Of a stretch of DNA of 64,000 nt, positions 37,415 through 46,220 are shown piece after piece. The number at the start of each line of letters is the position of its first letter. Position 1 is the stretch's first letter. A program made the position numbers and the translations under genes. Below the pieces are notes generated by a model that did no database searches, had not been told where the DNA came from, and saw only the letters and a program-made list of their open reading frames with translations. Source of the stretch: an uncultured Gammaproteobacteria bacterium (lineage in GTDB: Bacteria > Patescibacteriota > Microgenomatia > UBA10105 > UBA927); assembly GCA_964621305.1 (NCBI GenBank), contig CAZUOM010000007.1, positions 5,422-69,421 of the forward strand, given 5' to 3'.

Positions 37415-38212
37415 TTATTTTAGTTTTCTTTTCCAATACTTCCACAGTTGTTCAAATTGTGACCGTTCAGCGGCAGCGATGGTAGGATCTTCAATAATAA
37501 AACCTGTACGATTATCGTGAGCAACATAAGAAACCTCATGATTATAGATTTGTTTATCGACGTGGCCGAAACGATTGGTTTTTAGGCGCGGGATAACTAA
37601 CATTTCGTTTCGGCTGGATTGATACCTCGCTTGGTATTCCCTCGTTGAGGGATTTTCTTCCAGAATCTCACGTGTTTTGATACCACGGCTTATGGTCTTT
37701 TCAATAAAATCTTTTAAGTAATCAGGGTCACTTGTCAACCCTGTCTGAACATCCGGACTCCCTTGGCAAACAACGAGTATTTCTTCTCCTGACAACGCAG
37801 CACGGTAAACCATGCGTAACCCATTCTCTCCTTCATACCAGCGTACTCGTGGCATATTGTATGTTTTACCTAAGAGATTTCTTTCAAACTCAACTGATAC
37901 TTCTCTTATTTGTTTTGCCATCTTGTTATATGAGCTAATTTTGTTGACTATGAATGATTCTAGTTGAGACGGATTTGCTGCCGTGAACAATAATTTGGTT
38001 TCTCCTTTCACTTTGGAAATGAGTCCGAGGATAATCAGGTCCTCTAAAAACATATAGATACTTGCTCTGGGAAACCCAGTCTTTTTTTCTAGCATACCAA
38101 CGCTGGTGGTTCCAGTCTCTAGGAGTGCTACATAAAGTCGAGCATGTTCTGTTTGCAAATTCAGTTCAGCAAAGGCTCCTCTGATATATTCTGTCGACAA
38201 TTTTGACAACAT
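37415..38212 (-). CDS. TrmB-family transcriptional regulator (sugar-responsive HTH regulator)
   Basis: It has an N-terminal winged HTH (LYVALLETGTTSVGMLEKKTGFPRASIYMFLEDL) followed by a TrmB-like C-terminal domain. Confidence 0.6.
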   Translation of the reverse strand: MLSKLSTEYIRGAFAELNLQTEHARLYVALLETGTTSVGMLEKKTGFPRASIYMFLEDLIILGLISKVKGETKLLFTAANPSQLESFIVNKISSYNKMAKQIREVSVEFERNLLGKTYNMPRVRWYEGENGLRMVYRAALSGEEILVVCQGSPDVQTGLTSDPDYLKDFIEKTISRGIKTREILEENPSTREYQARYQSSRNEMLVIPRLKTNRFGHVDKQIYNHEVSYVAHDNRTGFIIEDPTIAAAERSQFEQLWKYWKRKLK

Positions 38213-38262
38213 GTTGCTTCTATTTTGGCATAAATCTATAATATTGTCAAAATTTTAGACAT

Positions 38263-38589
38263 ATGGGGCAAGAAGCAAACACTCACCATCTCTCTGATAG
38301 CGAGGCAGAATACCTCGTTCGTATTGATCGTCTCGTTGCAGAAGGAGAAAAACTTCAAAGATTTGGTTCTTTTGAAGTTGATTCGCTCTTGAAAGCAGGT
38401 TACTCTCTCTCCCTCATTGAGGAGTTGGCCAATGGTGGTTTCGAGATGACTCAAGACAATGCCATGAATTTGGAAAAAAAATTGCGTGGGGAAAACCACG
38501 GACGCTTAACAACTCGACCTATTACTCTAACTGAGGAAGACTTACGAAGATACGGGGTAAGGGCTGAAAATGATGCCGATCACCGGTAG
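38263..38589 (+). CDS. Hypothetical protein (108 aa)
   Basis: It is an ORF in an intergenic position with no recognisable motif. Confidence 0.3.
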   Translation: MGQEANTHHLSDSEAEYLVRIDRLVAEGEKLQRFGSFEVDSLLKAGYSLSLIEELANGGFEMTQDNAMNLEKKLRGENHGRLTTRPITLTEEDLRRYGVRAENDADHR

Positions 38590-38599
38590 TGGGTTAAAT

Positions 38600-38629
38600 A
38601 TATCCTAGGACATATCCTAGGACTTGACA
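38600..38629 (+). promoter_or_regulatory. Candidate operator and -35 box of the vapBC-2 operon
   Basis: Two direct 12-bp repeats, ATATCCTAGGAC x2 (38600-38623), each contain a palindromic CCTAGG. They are followed immediately by TTGACA at 38624-38629. The antitoxin start codon is at 38661. Confidence 0.3.
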
Positions 38630-38660
38630 AAGCAGTTCTACGGTGGCATCATGAACATGT

Positions 38661-38909
38661 ATGAATACCGCGATTAATACCCATCTCTACCTTCCGGCAG
38701 ATTTGTATGCAGAGATTGCCGATTTGGCCCGCGAACAAAATCTGCCATTTGCGCGCGTGGCGCGGGAGCTGATGGCTGACTCCCTCAAGCGGAAAACGAA
38801 GAAGAAAAAGAAGGTCTATAAAAACCCGCTAGACTGGATGCTTTCTTTTCATCTAAAAGGGCCTACGGACGGATCCATTAACCACGACAAGTATCTGTAT
38901 GACGAGTAA
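38661..38909 (+). CDS. vapB: Putative ribbon-helix-helix/CopG-like antitoxin
   Basis: It is a small protein immediately upstream of a PIN gene and overlaps it. It has a charged C-terminal tail (KRKTKKKKKV). Confidence 0.45.
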   Translation: MNTAINTHLYLPADLYAEIADLAREQNLPFARVARELMADSLKRKTKKKKKVYKNPLDWMLSFHLKGPTDGSINHDKYLYDE

Positions 38910-39315
38910 AAGAAGGGTACTTATCGACACTGATGCGATTTATGCTTCATTTGTTGCGGTAGATGCAAATCACAAACGGGCCCAGTTAGTCAGAAAAAAT
39001 TTTCCCTCTTTGCATTTTCATATGACTGATTTCGTTTTTGGTGAAGCGGCAACGTTATTATCCCGTCGGGTAGGTAAATCAACAGCGGATGCGTTTTTGA
39101 AAGGATTTGCTGAACACGGACTTGTACTTATTCCCGTGCCAAGAAATATCGTTATCCAAGCTGTCGACTACTTCCTCCGACAAACAACCAAAGATACCTC
39201 ATTTGTTGACTGCGTGAATATGGCAACGGCCAAACGATTAAGGATCGATACGATTTTTTCTTTCGACAAGGCGTATGAGCGGAACGGATTCAGATTGATT
39301 TCTGCCGTTTCGTAG
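38899..39315 (+). CDS. vapC: PIN-domain ribonuclease toxin
   Basis: It starts RVLIDTDAIYASF. Acidic residues and T/S are conserved at the usual PIN positions, and the C-terminus reads FSFDKAYE. Confidence 0.75.
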   Translation: MTSKRRVLIDTDAIYASFVAVDANHKRAQLVRKNFPSLHFHMTDFVFGEAATLLSRRVGKSTADAFLKGFAEHGLVLIPVPRNIVIQAVDYFLRQTTKDTSFVDCVNMATAKRLRIDTIFSFDKAYERNGFRLISAVS

Positions 39316-39350
39316 ATTAGGATACTGATTACTTGCCCCAACAAACCTCA

Positions 39351-40364
39351 ATGCGGCCGTTTCTTTCTCTTATCATCCCATATCACAATAGTGAGGCCAC
39401 GATTGGCAGGCTGATTACATCTATTTCTAAATCTAAGCGAGCGCCGTCATACGAGGTAATAATAGTTGACGATTGGTCGAAAGAAAAGTGCAAAGTGCAA
39501 AGTGCAAAGTGCAAAGTTATTCGCCTAAAAGCCAATCGTGGACCGGCGGTGGCGAGGAATAGGGGGGTGGCGGTTGCGAAGGGAAAGTTTATCTTGTTTC
39601 TCGATAGCGATGTAGAACTTTTCCCTGATACCCTCCATAACTTAGCTGTTATTTATCAGGAAGACCCGGATGTCGTTGCGGTAACTGGCGTTTGGGTCAA
39701 AGAGCAGAAAACGAAGGAATTTTTCTCCAATTTTAAGGCCCTGCGGGATTGGAGCTACTGGATCAATGAACGGGATAAAAGCGGGTACTACTTTCTCTTT
39801 TCGACACGAATTGCCTCTATTAAAAAAACCGTTTTTCAGCGCTTGGGCGGCTTTGATGAAACCTACCCGGCGCCGCTGGTTGAGGATATTGAGTTGACAT
39901 ACAGAATTGCCCGGCGATATGCGATCATATTCGCCCCTAATGTCCGCGTGCGGCATGAATTTGAAGGTTTCTGGCCGATTGCAAAAAAGTACTTTTTACG
40001 GGCTTACTACTGGACCAAACTTTATCAAAGAAGGAAGAAATTCGATCCGGTGGCAACAACGTGGCAAGAAGCATTGACGACCTTATCCGGTGTTGCTGTA
40101 GTCTTTTTTGGAGTCGTGAGTTTACTTGCAGCCATAAGCGTTCCCAGCATATCAAATATCAAATATCAAATATCAAATATGATTTGGGGAAAGGTTTTTC
40201 TGGGGGCACTGATTCTGCATGTTTTTCTCATCCGTAAGTTTTTGGTCTTTATGTATCGCGAAAAGGGTCTCTGGTTTGCCATGCGCGGGTTCTTTAGCGG
40301 GTTGGTTTTATACTGCTTCATTTTTGCCGGGGCACTGGCTGGGAAACTGAAATCAGGGAGATAG
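39351..40364 (+). CDS. Family 2 glycosyltransferase with C-terminal transmembrane helices
   Basis: Motifs include LSLIIPYHNSEATI, VIIVDD and DSDVELFP (DxD). It carries two heptamer repeat tracts at 39487-39519 and 40151-40180. Confidence 0.8.
   Translation: MRPFLSLIIPYHNSEATIGRLITSISKSKRAPSYEVIIVDDWSKEKCKVQSAKCKVIRLKANRGPAVARNRGVAVAKGKFILFLDSDVELFPDTLHNLAVIYQEDPDVVAVTGVWVKEQKTKEFFSNFKALRDWSYWINERDKSGYYFLFSTRIASIKKTVFQRLGGFDETYPAPLVEDIELTYRIARRYAIIFAPNVRVRHEFEGFWPIAKKYFLRAYYWTKLYQRRKKFDPVATTWQEALTTLSGVAVVFFGVVSLLAAISVPSISNIKYQISNMIWGKVFLGALILHVFLIRKFLVFMYREKGLWFAMRGFFSGLVLYCFIFAGALAGKLKSGR
39487..39519. repeat. (AAGTGCA)x4.7 heptamer tract inside the GT2 gene
   Basis: Read directly from the sequence: aagtgcaaagtgcaaagtgcaaagtgcaaagtt. 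Confidence 0.9.
40151..40180. repeat. (ATCAAAT)x4.3 heptamer tract inside the GT2 gene
   Basis: Read directly from the sequence: atcaaatatcaaatatcaaatatcaaatat. It encodes ISNIKYQISNM. Confidence 0.9.
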
Positions 40365-42290
40365 AGAAGCATCAGGTATGTTGAGTTTAGGCGCCGGGAT
40401 GGGTTGGAATTCAACAACAGGGGAAAGGATTTCTTCCGTTGAAATCGTGGGTGATAGCGCTGGAGTTTGCCAAAGTGATGTGATTTCTTCAGGTGATAGC
40501 TTATCCATGATTTCGGCAATATCTGCGGTGAGGCGGTCTGCATCGGTTGAACGAGGTGGAACAAGCTGGCTGGTGCGGCGAAATTCGATGGCCGCCTGCA
40601 AATACTGCTTTTTGGCCCGATAGGCAAACGCCAGGCTGTAGTGGGCATTTGCCAAGTCATCTTTGAGTGCTACTGCAGACTGAAAGAGACGTATTGCCTC
40701 ATCGATTCGATTGGTGCGTAAATAGACGTTGCCTGTACTAATGCGAAGGAGCGGATTGGTGGGATCTAGAGCAATGGTCTGGTTGAGGGCTGCGATAGTC
40801 CAGGCGTCGGCATTGGTGGCAATGCCTAAAAATCCCCGGTAGATGCTGGCTAAATTTTCCCACATGATCACAGATGTAGGTGCCGCGTTAATTGCGATTT
40901 TCGCTTCCCGGATAGCCTGCTGGTAAAAGTCCGTCACTAACTGTTTATCTTTGTCCGAGAGCGCCGTTTTGGTATCAGATGCACGATTAAGGATTGCACT
41001 AGCCAAAAGGAGCGATGTTTGCGAAAGTGCCGCGTGGTAACGGGCAGAGGTTGGGTTGTGGTTGATAGCGGTCAATAGTAAGGCATATATTGTCCTGCCA
41101 TCGTTTTTGCTTAGAGCTCCAACTGCTTTGCCAAATGCAATGTCTGCCAGGTACACGCGGCTGATAAGATAGCCGCTTACGAGTGCGGCAATAATGAGGA
41201 GTCCTCCGGAAACGATACCAATCCACTCTCGTTGTTTTGTCAGATTAAAAGTGATTACTTTTGTTTGCGACGCCAGAAGCATGACGGTAACGGTTACTAC
41301 GATTATCGGCAGGCTAGGAGGCAGAAAGAACAACGCAAGAAAGACGAGAAAGAGAGCAATACGAGTATCAAGGTAAGTTCGAGATAGGATGAAGCTTCGA
41401 AGCAGCAGTGCTGTTGCTATAACACCGAGAACACCCACGGTTGTTGCTTGGTGAAAGAGAAACGATGAGCCTAGCGTAAAGCGAGCATTCCACAGTGGGC
41501 TGATGTTGAGTTCTTCTGGTCTACCGGCAGTATATGCCGCAAGAAAATTTTGTGGACCCACACCAAAGGCCAAGTGTAATGGTTGCTTTATTGATTCGAG
41601 GAAAACTGACCAGTTGGCAGAGAAGGGGAGGATCTGTATGGGCTCTTTGGTCAGTTGCCAAAGCGTCACGCCTATGCCCATCATGGTAACGATACTGATG
41701 CCAAAGGCGATGATAGTTTCTGTATCTTCTTTTTTTTGAAACAATCGGAGAGCATGCCCGATGGATAGCGGGAGGCTGATCATTAGAAATCCAAGCAGCC
41801 CAAGAGCTGATCCAAGCGGACTCCAGAGAGGATTAGCCAGTCCAAGAGCAGTATAGACGGCGACTAGTCCTGCCACTCCCGCGCCAGCAGAAAGAAACCA
41901 AAACAACACCATTTTTTGTTTTTTTTCGGTCAATGATAGGGAAACGGTTAGGAGAAAAAGACTCATGTACGTGACGATACCAAGGGGATGTGTTGCTCCT
42001 TGGGCATAGTTGTCTGAAACGGTCAACGTACTGGCACTAGCAGCCACGGTAAGTGCTAATAATCCGGTGGCTGCTGGTGACCAGTGAAGCTCTAGATTCT
42101 TGCTGAATGCAAGCCGTAGCCCAAAGAGAAACAGTATAGCGGCCGAAGATACGGCCAGAAGAGTCCATTTGTTGAAATCGTAATAATCCGACGTCGTCGG
42201 AAGGAAAAAAAGCGGCGTGATGCCCAAGACGACGATTGAGATCCAATTGGTAAGCGCTTCTAGTTTTTTCATGAAACCATGATAGTCCAA
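40353..42290 (-). CDS. O-antigen ligase/polymerase-like (Wzy_C-type) membrane protein with C-terminal TPR repeats
   Basis: About 12 TM helices are followed by TPR-like helical repeats (AHYSLAFAYRAKKQYLQAAIEF...). Confidence 0.55.
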   Translation of the reverse strand: MDYHGFMKKLEALTNWISIVVLGITPLFFLPTTSDYYDFNKWTLLAVSSAAILFLFGLRLAFSKNLELHWSPAATGLLALTVAASASTLTVSDNYAQGATHPLGIVTYMSLFLLTVSLSLTEKKQKMVLFWFLSAGAGVAGLVAVYTALGLANPLWSPLGSALGLLGFLMISLPLSIGHALRLFQKKEDTETIIAFGISIVTMMGIGVTLWQLTKEPIQILPFSANWSVFLESIKQPLHLAFGVGPQNFLAAYTAGRPEELNISPLWNARFTLGSSFLFHQATTVGVLGVIATALLLRSFILSRTYLDTRIALFLVFLALFFLPPSLPIIVVTVTVMLLASQTKVITFNLTKQREWIGIVSGGLLIIAALVSGYLISRVYLADIAFGKAVGALSKNDGRTIYALLLTAINHNPTSARYHAALSQTSLLLASAILNRASDTKTALSDKDKQLVTDFYQQAIREAKIAINAAPTSVIMWENLASIYRGFLGIATNADAWTIAALNQTIALDPTNPLLRISTGNVYLRTNRIDEAIRLFQSAVALKDDLANAHYSLAFAYRAKKQYLQAAIEFRRTSQLVPPRSTDADRLTADIAEIMDKLSPEEITSLWQTPALSPTISTEEILSPVVEFQPIPAPKLNIPDASLSP

Positions 42291-42320
42291 TGTTGTTATT
42301 TCGTATATACTTTGTATAGA

Positions 42321-42962
42321 ATGTCACACTTTAGAAGCGGCTTTACCCTGGCAGAGCTTCTTATCGGAATCTCGATCGTCATATTGCTTGGACTGGCAGT
42401 ATTATCCAATATTAAGTCACTTATTGATCGCGGGCATGACACAACACGCAAGGGACATATTCGCGCAATTGTCAAGGGGTTTGAGGAGTACTACAACGAT
42501 CATCAGTGTTACCCGCCTCTTACGATTTTATCCCCTTGCGGCGGCAGTCAACTTGCACCTGGACTTTCTGTCATGCCTTGCGACCCGCAGAGTAATTTGC
42601 CGTACAAGTATGTAAGTCAGAACGAAGCAAGTTCTTGTCGCGGATATAAAGTCTTTGCAGCGCTTCGGAATAAAAAAGATCCGGATATTATCGCCGTGGG
42701 CTGTAGTCCGGTCAACGGGTGTGGATATGGTGCCTTGTGGAATTGGGGACTAGCTGCCGGAGGACTGCTTCCGGCGTCCGGGTTTGTCGCCGACGTGCCT
42801 CCTACTCCTACTCCTGCCTATCCGCCCGGGCGCCATGCATGCGACCCCAACGGCATTTGTAACTCCTACGGCAACCCAGCAGGCGCTGGTTGTCCAGTGA
42901 CGTATAACCAGCCAGACTGCTACAATATGTGTGGTAACCCTGCCAACCGATGCTTACAATGA
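42321..42962 (+). CDS. Type IV pilin / pseudopilin
   Basis: The prepilin leader MSHFRSG|FTLAELLIGISIVILL carries the G-1/F+1/E+5 class III signal. A PT-rich linker (PTPTPAYP) is present. Confidence 0.7.
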   Translation: MSHFRSGFTLAELLIGISIVILLGLAVLSNIKSLIDRGHDTTRKGHIRAIVKGFEEYYNDHQCYPPLTILSPCGGSQLAPGLSVMPCDPQSNLPYKYVSQNEASSCRGYKVFAALRNKKDPDIIAVGCSPVNGCGYGALWNWGLAAGGLLPASGFVADVPPTPTPAYPPGRHACDPNGICNSYGNPAGAGCPVTYNQPDCYNMCGNPANRCLQ

Positions 42963-43489
42963 AAAAAGGATTCTCTCTCATCGAGCTTCTTGTGGCAATT
43001 GTTATTCTTGGTGCACTTGTGTCTGTGGTTGCACAAACATTTACTTCTACTCAAGTCAAGTCTCGTGATAATCGGCGTAAAAGCGACTTGGCCGGCCTCG
43101 TCACGGCACTTGAGGCATACTACAATGATAAGGGGAGATATCCCAATGAAGGCTTGAGTGGGCAGATTGCTGGCTGTGGGTCGGCAGATAGTCAAATTTG
43201 CCCTTGGGGAGGAGCTTTTACGGACCAATATGGTACCACCTACATGCAAAAATTACCGATAGATCCAAGGAGCGGCAGTACATACTTCTACGATGTTGGC
43301 GGCAGCAACCGCAGTTATCAGCTGTATGGACGGCTAGAAAATACCAAAGATAATGCCGTGCCTAAAGGCGCCCAAGGACAGCCTCAAGCGTACGGGTCAA
43401 CCAGTTGCAGTAGCTCTGCCGTGGTATTATGTAATTACGGAGTTTCCAGTACCAATACAACACCTGAAAACGGACATCCACTCCAATGA
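42950..43489 (+). CDS. Type IV pilin / pseudopilin
   Basis: The leader is MLTMKKG|FSLIELLVAIVILGAL. Confidence 0.8.
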   Translation: MLTMKKGFSLIELLVAIVILGALVSVVAQTFTSTQVKSRDNRRKSDLAGLVTALEAYYNDKGRYPNEGLSGQIAGCGSADSQICPWGGAFTDQYGTTYMQKLPIDPRSGSTYFYDVGGSNRSYQLYGRLENTKDNAVPKGAQGQPQAYGSTSCSSSAVVLCNYGVSSTNTTPENGHPLQ

Positions 43490-44010
43490 ATAAACTTGGC
43501 TTTACCCTAATTGAAATTCTTGTGGCAATATCTGTCATTGCTCTGGTCATTGGAGTGGCTCTGCCGAATTTTTTAGGCGCACGCGAACGGGGACGAGACA
43601 TAAAACGAAAATCAGAACTGAATCAGTTAAAGACTGCGCTGCGGCTTTATTATAGCGACTACGGACGCTACCCTAATTGGAATATTGGCGTCTATATTAT
43701 CGGGTGCGGACCAGCTGGTACGAGTCAGTGTTTGGGCAGTGGTGTTTGTACCACAGCTGATTTTGCTGCCGGCGGCACCGACGGGTGCGGGACTATTTAC
43801 ATGAAGCGGTTTCCCAGAATCGGTACCTCTCAGCAGTTTTTTTATTACCAGGCGGCAAACGGTGACGATTTCCGGCTCAAGGTGCTCCTGGAGAACGTAT
43901 CAGATGCCGATATTGTATCGAGTCAGGCTCGATGTTCGGTGGTTCCTGCTACAAATCCCGCTGGTACATTTTCCTATAACCCAGGCGATTTTGTCCTTTG
44001 CGCCGATTAA
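43486..44010 (+). CDS. Type IV pilin / pseudopilin
   Basis: The leader is MNKLG|FTLIEILVAISVIALV. Confidence 0.8.
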   Translation: MNKLGFTLIEILVAISVIALVIGVALPNFLGARERGRDIKRKSELNQLKTALRLYYSDYGRYPNWNIGVYIIGCGPAGTSQCLGSGVCTTADFAAGGTDGCGTIYMKRFPRIGTSQQFFYYQAANGDDFRLKVLLENVSDADIVSSQARCSVVPATNPAGTFSYNPGDFVLCAD

Positions 44011-44022
44011 AACCGCTATTCT

Positions 44023-44166
44023 AAAACAATACGTAGAGGAATGGTGAAATCGGGGACACTGCGGCCGCTGCGATAAGGACTCCAAAAGCAACAAAGACTA
44101 TGACGGCCGGCACCATCCACCAGAGTTTATTTTTCCATACATAGACAAAAAGCTGTTTGATCATGG
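44023..44166 (-). CDS. Small (47 aa) single-TM protein, DUF5989-like carbamoyltransferase-associated micro-protein. It is absent from the ORF track.
   Basis: The minus-strand ORF encodes MIKQLFVYVWKNKLWWMVPAVIVFVAFGVLIAAAAVSPISPFLYVLF*. Its ATG overlaps the carbamoyltransferase stop. The ...SPISPF.Y.LF ending is characteristic of the small proteins found downstream of NodU/CmcH genes. Confidence 0.45.
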
Positions 44167-45864
44167 GCGTTTTTTTACGATAAACCGTTCCATTACCAAG
44201 ACATCGATATCAGTTTTTAAAAAGCACTCAATGGCATCTTTTGGCGTTGCGACAATGGGCTCTCCGCGGACGTTAAATGACGTGTTGAGAAGGGCAGGCA
44301 CGCCAGTCTTTTTGCCAAAAGCTTGAATAAGGTCATAGTACAATGGATTATCGCCCCGTGCAACGGTTTGGAGCCGGCCGGTGCCGTCGATGTGGACGGT
44401 TGCGGGGACTTCTTGTTTTCCTCGTTTTGTAAACGGGTAGATGACCGTCATGTACCTGGTTGACTCCGGAACATTCTTATCCGTGACAAAATACCGTTTC
44501 ACTCCTATATCAAGCACAGATGGTGCAAACGGTCGGAACAACTCCCGGTGTTTGACCTTTTCGTTGATGATATCCTTCATTTTCGCATCGCGGGGATCGG
44601 CTAAGATGCTTCGATTGCCCAGAGCCCTCGGCCCCCATTCCATCCGGCCCTGGAACCACGCCACAATGCTGCCTTTTGTCAGAAAACTGGCTACCGTGTC
44701 GAGAAATTTGTTCCGTTGGTCTATGAGTTTATAGGAAAGGTGATACTCATCAAGTATTGATGCTATCTGTTGGCCGGTAAAATCCGGACCGAGATACGGA
44801 GAAAAAGAAATTGTCTGTTTTTGTTTGCTGTGTCGGTTCCAGAACCAAAGGGCCGCACCCATGGCAGCGCCCCCGTCGCCCGGATCCGGCGGGATGAAAA
44901 GATTTTTAAATGGCGTGTGAGAAAGAATTTTTCCGTTGACGAGCGCATTAAGCGCAACACCGCCGGCAAGGGTTAAGTTGGAAATTTTGTATTCCTTGTA
45001 AGTAGCGTTTAGGAGATTTATTACGACTTGTTCGAACTTTTTTTGAAGGCTTGCGGCTATATTGGCGTAGTGAGCTCTCATTTTGCTTTCCGGAGTACGA
45101 GCGGGGTAGCCAAAGAGACTTTCCAACTTTTCAGAAAACATGTGATTGCTCCAGGTGTAGTCAAAATAGTCCATAGAGAGTGCAAAGCTTCCATCTGGGA
45201 ATTGTGTAATAAGATTGTCCATGTGAGAAGAAAATGGTAGGGGATCTCCGGAAGCGGCAAGACCCATAACCTTATACTCTGCATCGTTGACAGCAAAACC
45301 CAGGTAACTAGTTATGGCAGAGTAGAGAAGACCGAGAGAGTGGGGGAAGTGTATTTCTCTATCAATCCAGATCTCGGCCCCGTTTCCAACACCGACAGTG
45401 GTAGTCGCCCATTCACCAACTCCGTCAAACGTCACGTTTACGGCGCTGGCAAATCCTGAAAGATAGTAGGCGCTTGCGGCGTGTGCTAGATGTTGTTGAC
45501 AATATTGGATGGATCCGGTGTAGCCTATTTCTTTTTTTAAAACCTTACCAATATTCATTTTATAGTCAAACCAGCTGCCGATTGACTCCACAAACGATTT
45601 GCGACTGTCAGGAAAATGCGCAAGGTGCTGCGAAAGTACTCGGTGAAATTTAATGACAGGTTTTTCGTAGAAGACGACAAAGTCGATATCCGCAATCGTG
45701 ATGCCTAGCCATGAAAGGCAAAAGGAAATGGCCTGCTTAGGGAAGCTGTTATCGTGCTTGATCCGGCTGAAGCGTTCTTCTGCGGCTGCCGCAACAACAT
45801 TGCCGTCAACCAAAAGACAGGCAGAAGCGTCGTGATACCAACAGGAGATGCCAAGAAGTTTCAT
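44161..45864 (-). CDS. Carbamoyltransferase (NodU/CmcH family)
   Basis: It starts MKLLGISCWYHDASACLLVDGNVVAAAAEERFSRIKHD, which is diagnostic of this family. The length of 567 aa is typical. Confidence 0.85.
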   Translation of the reverse strand: MKLLGISCWYHDASACLLVDGNVVAAAAEERFSRIKHDNSFPKQAISFCLSWLGITIADIDFVVFYEKPVIKFHRVLSQHLAHFPDSRKSFVESIGSWFDYKMNIGKVLKKEIGYTGSIQYCQQHLAHAASAYYLSGFASAVNVTFDGVGEWATTTVGVGNGAEIWIDREIHFPHSLGLLYSAITSYLGFAVNDAEYKVMGLAASGDPLPFSSHMDNLITQFPDGSFALSMDYFDYTWSNHMFSEKLESLFGYPARTPESKMRAHYANIAASLQKKFEQVVINLLNATYKEYKISNLTLAGGVALNALVNGKILSHTPFKNLFIPPDPGDGGAAMGAALWFWNRHSKQKQTISFSPYLGPDFTGQQIASILDEYHLSYKLIDQRNKFLDTVASFLTKGSIVAWFQGRMEWGPRALGNRSILADPRDAKMKDIINEKVKHRELFRPFAPSVLDIGVKRYFVTDKNVPESTRYMTVIYPFTKRGKQEVPATVHIDGTGRLQTVARGDNPLYYDLIQAFGKKTGVPALLNTSFNVRGEPIVATPKDAIECFLKTDIDVLVMERFIVKKRP

Positions 45865-45868
45865 CCAT

Positions 45869-46117
45869 TTAATACATTACGTCATCAACGATCGACGCTT
45901 TATGCTTTATCCAAGTTGTCTTTTGTGAGATAGGAGTAAGGAAGTGTTTGCCTAAGAGTTTAGCAATAACTGCGGGGATGCCAATGCCAACACCGTACAT
46001 AAGATTGGTGAGGAGGTGGTACTGTACTGCCCCGATGGATTGGAAGAGCCATTTTAGCGCTGACATGTTATAGAACGCATTGAGTAATTTAACAGAACCC
46101 ATTTCAAAGTACCACAT
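45869..46117 (-). CDS. Hypothetical small membrane protein (82 aa)
   Basis: This ORF lies directly upstream of the carbamoyltransferase gene on the same strand. It has a hydrophobic central segment. Confidence 0.3.
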   Translation of the reverse strand: MWYFEMGSVKLLNAFYNMSALKWLFQSIGAVQYHLLTNLMYGVGIGIPAVIAKLLGKHFLTPISQKTTWIKHKASIVDDVMY

Positions 46118-46220
46118 GAGAAATCACTTTACATCACTTTTCGACTGTATTATTCTGATAAGGTAGCAACATTATCTACGGATCGGCGGATTACGTCGTC
46201 TGCGCCGACTGATGCGATGA

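Noticed and set aside
37060-39440. I considered whether the duplicated vapC-GT2 junction marked an insertion sequence or transposon with target-site duplication.
   Set aside because: No transposase or integrase ORF is present and there are no terminal inverted repeats. The two copies are about 25-30% diverged, so this is an old segmental duplication or recombination remnant, not a fresh TSD.
13591-40180. I considered whether the short tandem repeats were a CRISPR array or a minisatellite locus.
   Set aside because: The units are 7-16 nt with no spacers, are scattered singly inside different ORFs, and keep the reading frames open. This is not CRISPR architecture.
45869-46117. I considered whether the 82-aa ORF upstream of the carbamoyltransferase was the DUF5989-type partner.
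   Set aside because: Its sequence lacks the characteristic short single-TM peptide ending in ..P..Y.LF. The unlisted 47-codon ORF at 44023-44166 matches that pattern instead, so the 82-aa ORF is kept only as a low-confidence hypothetical.
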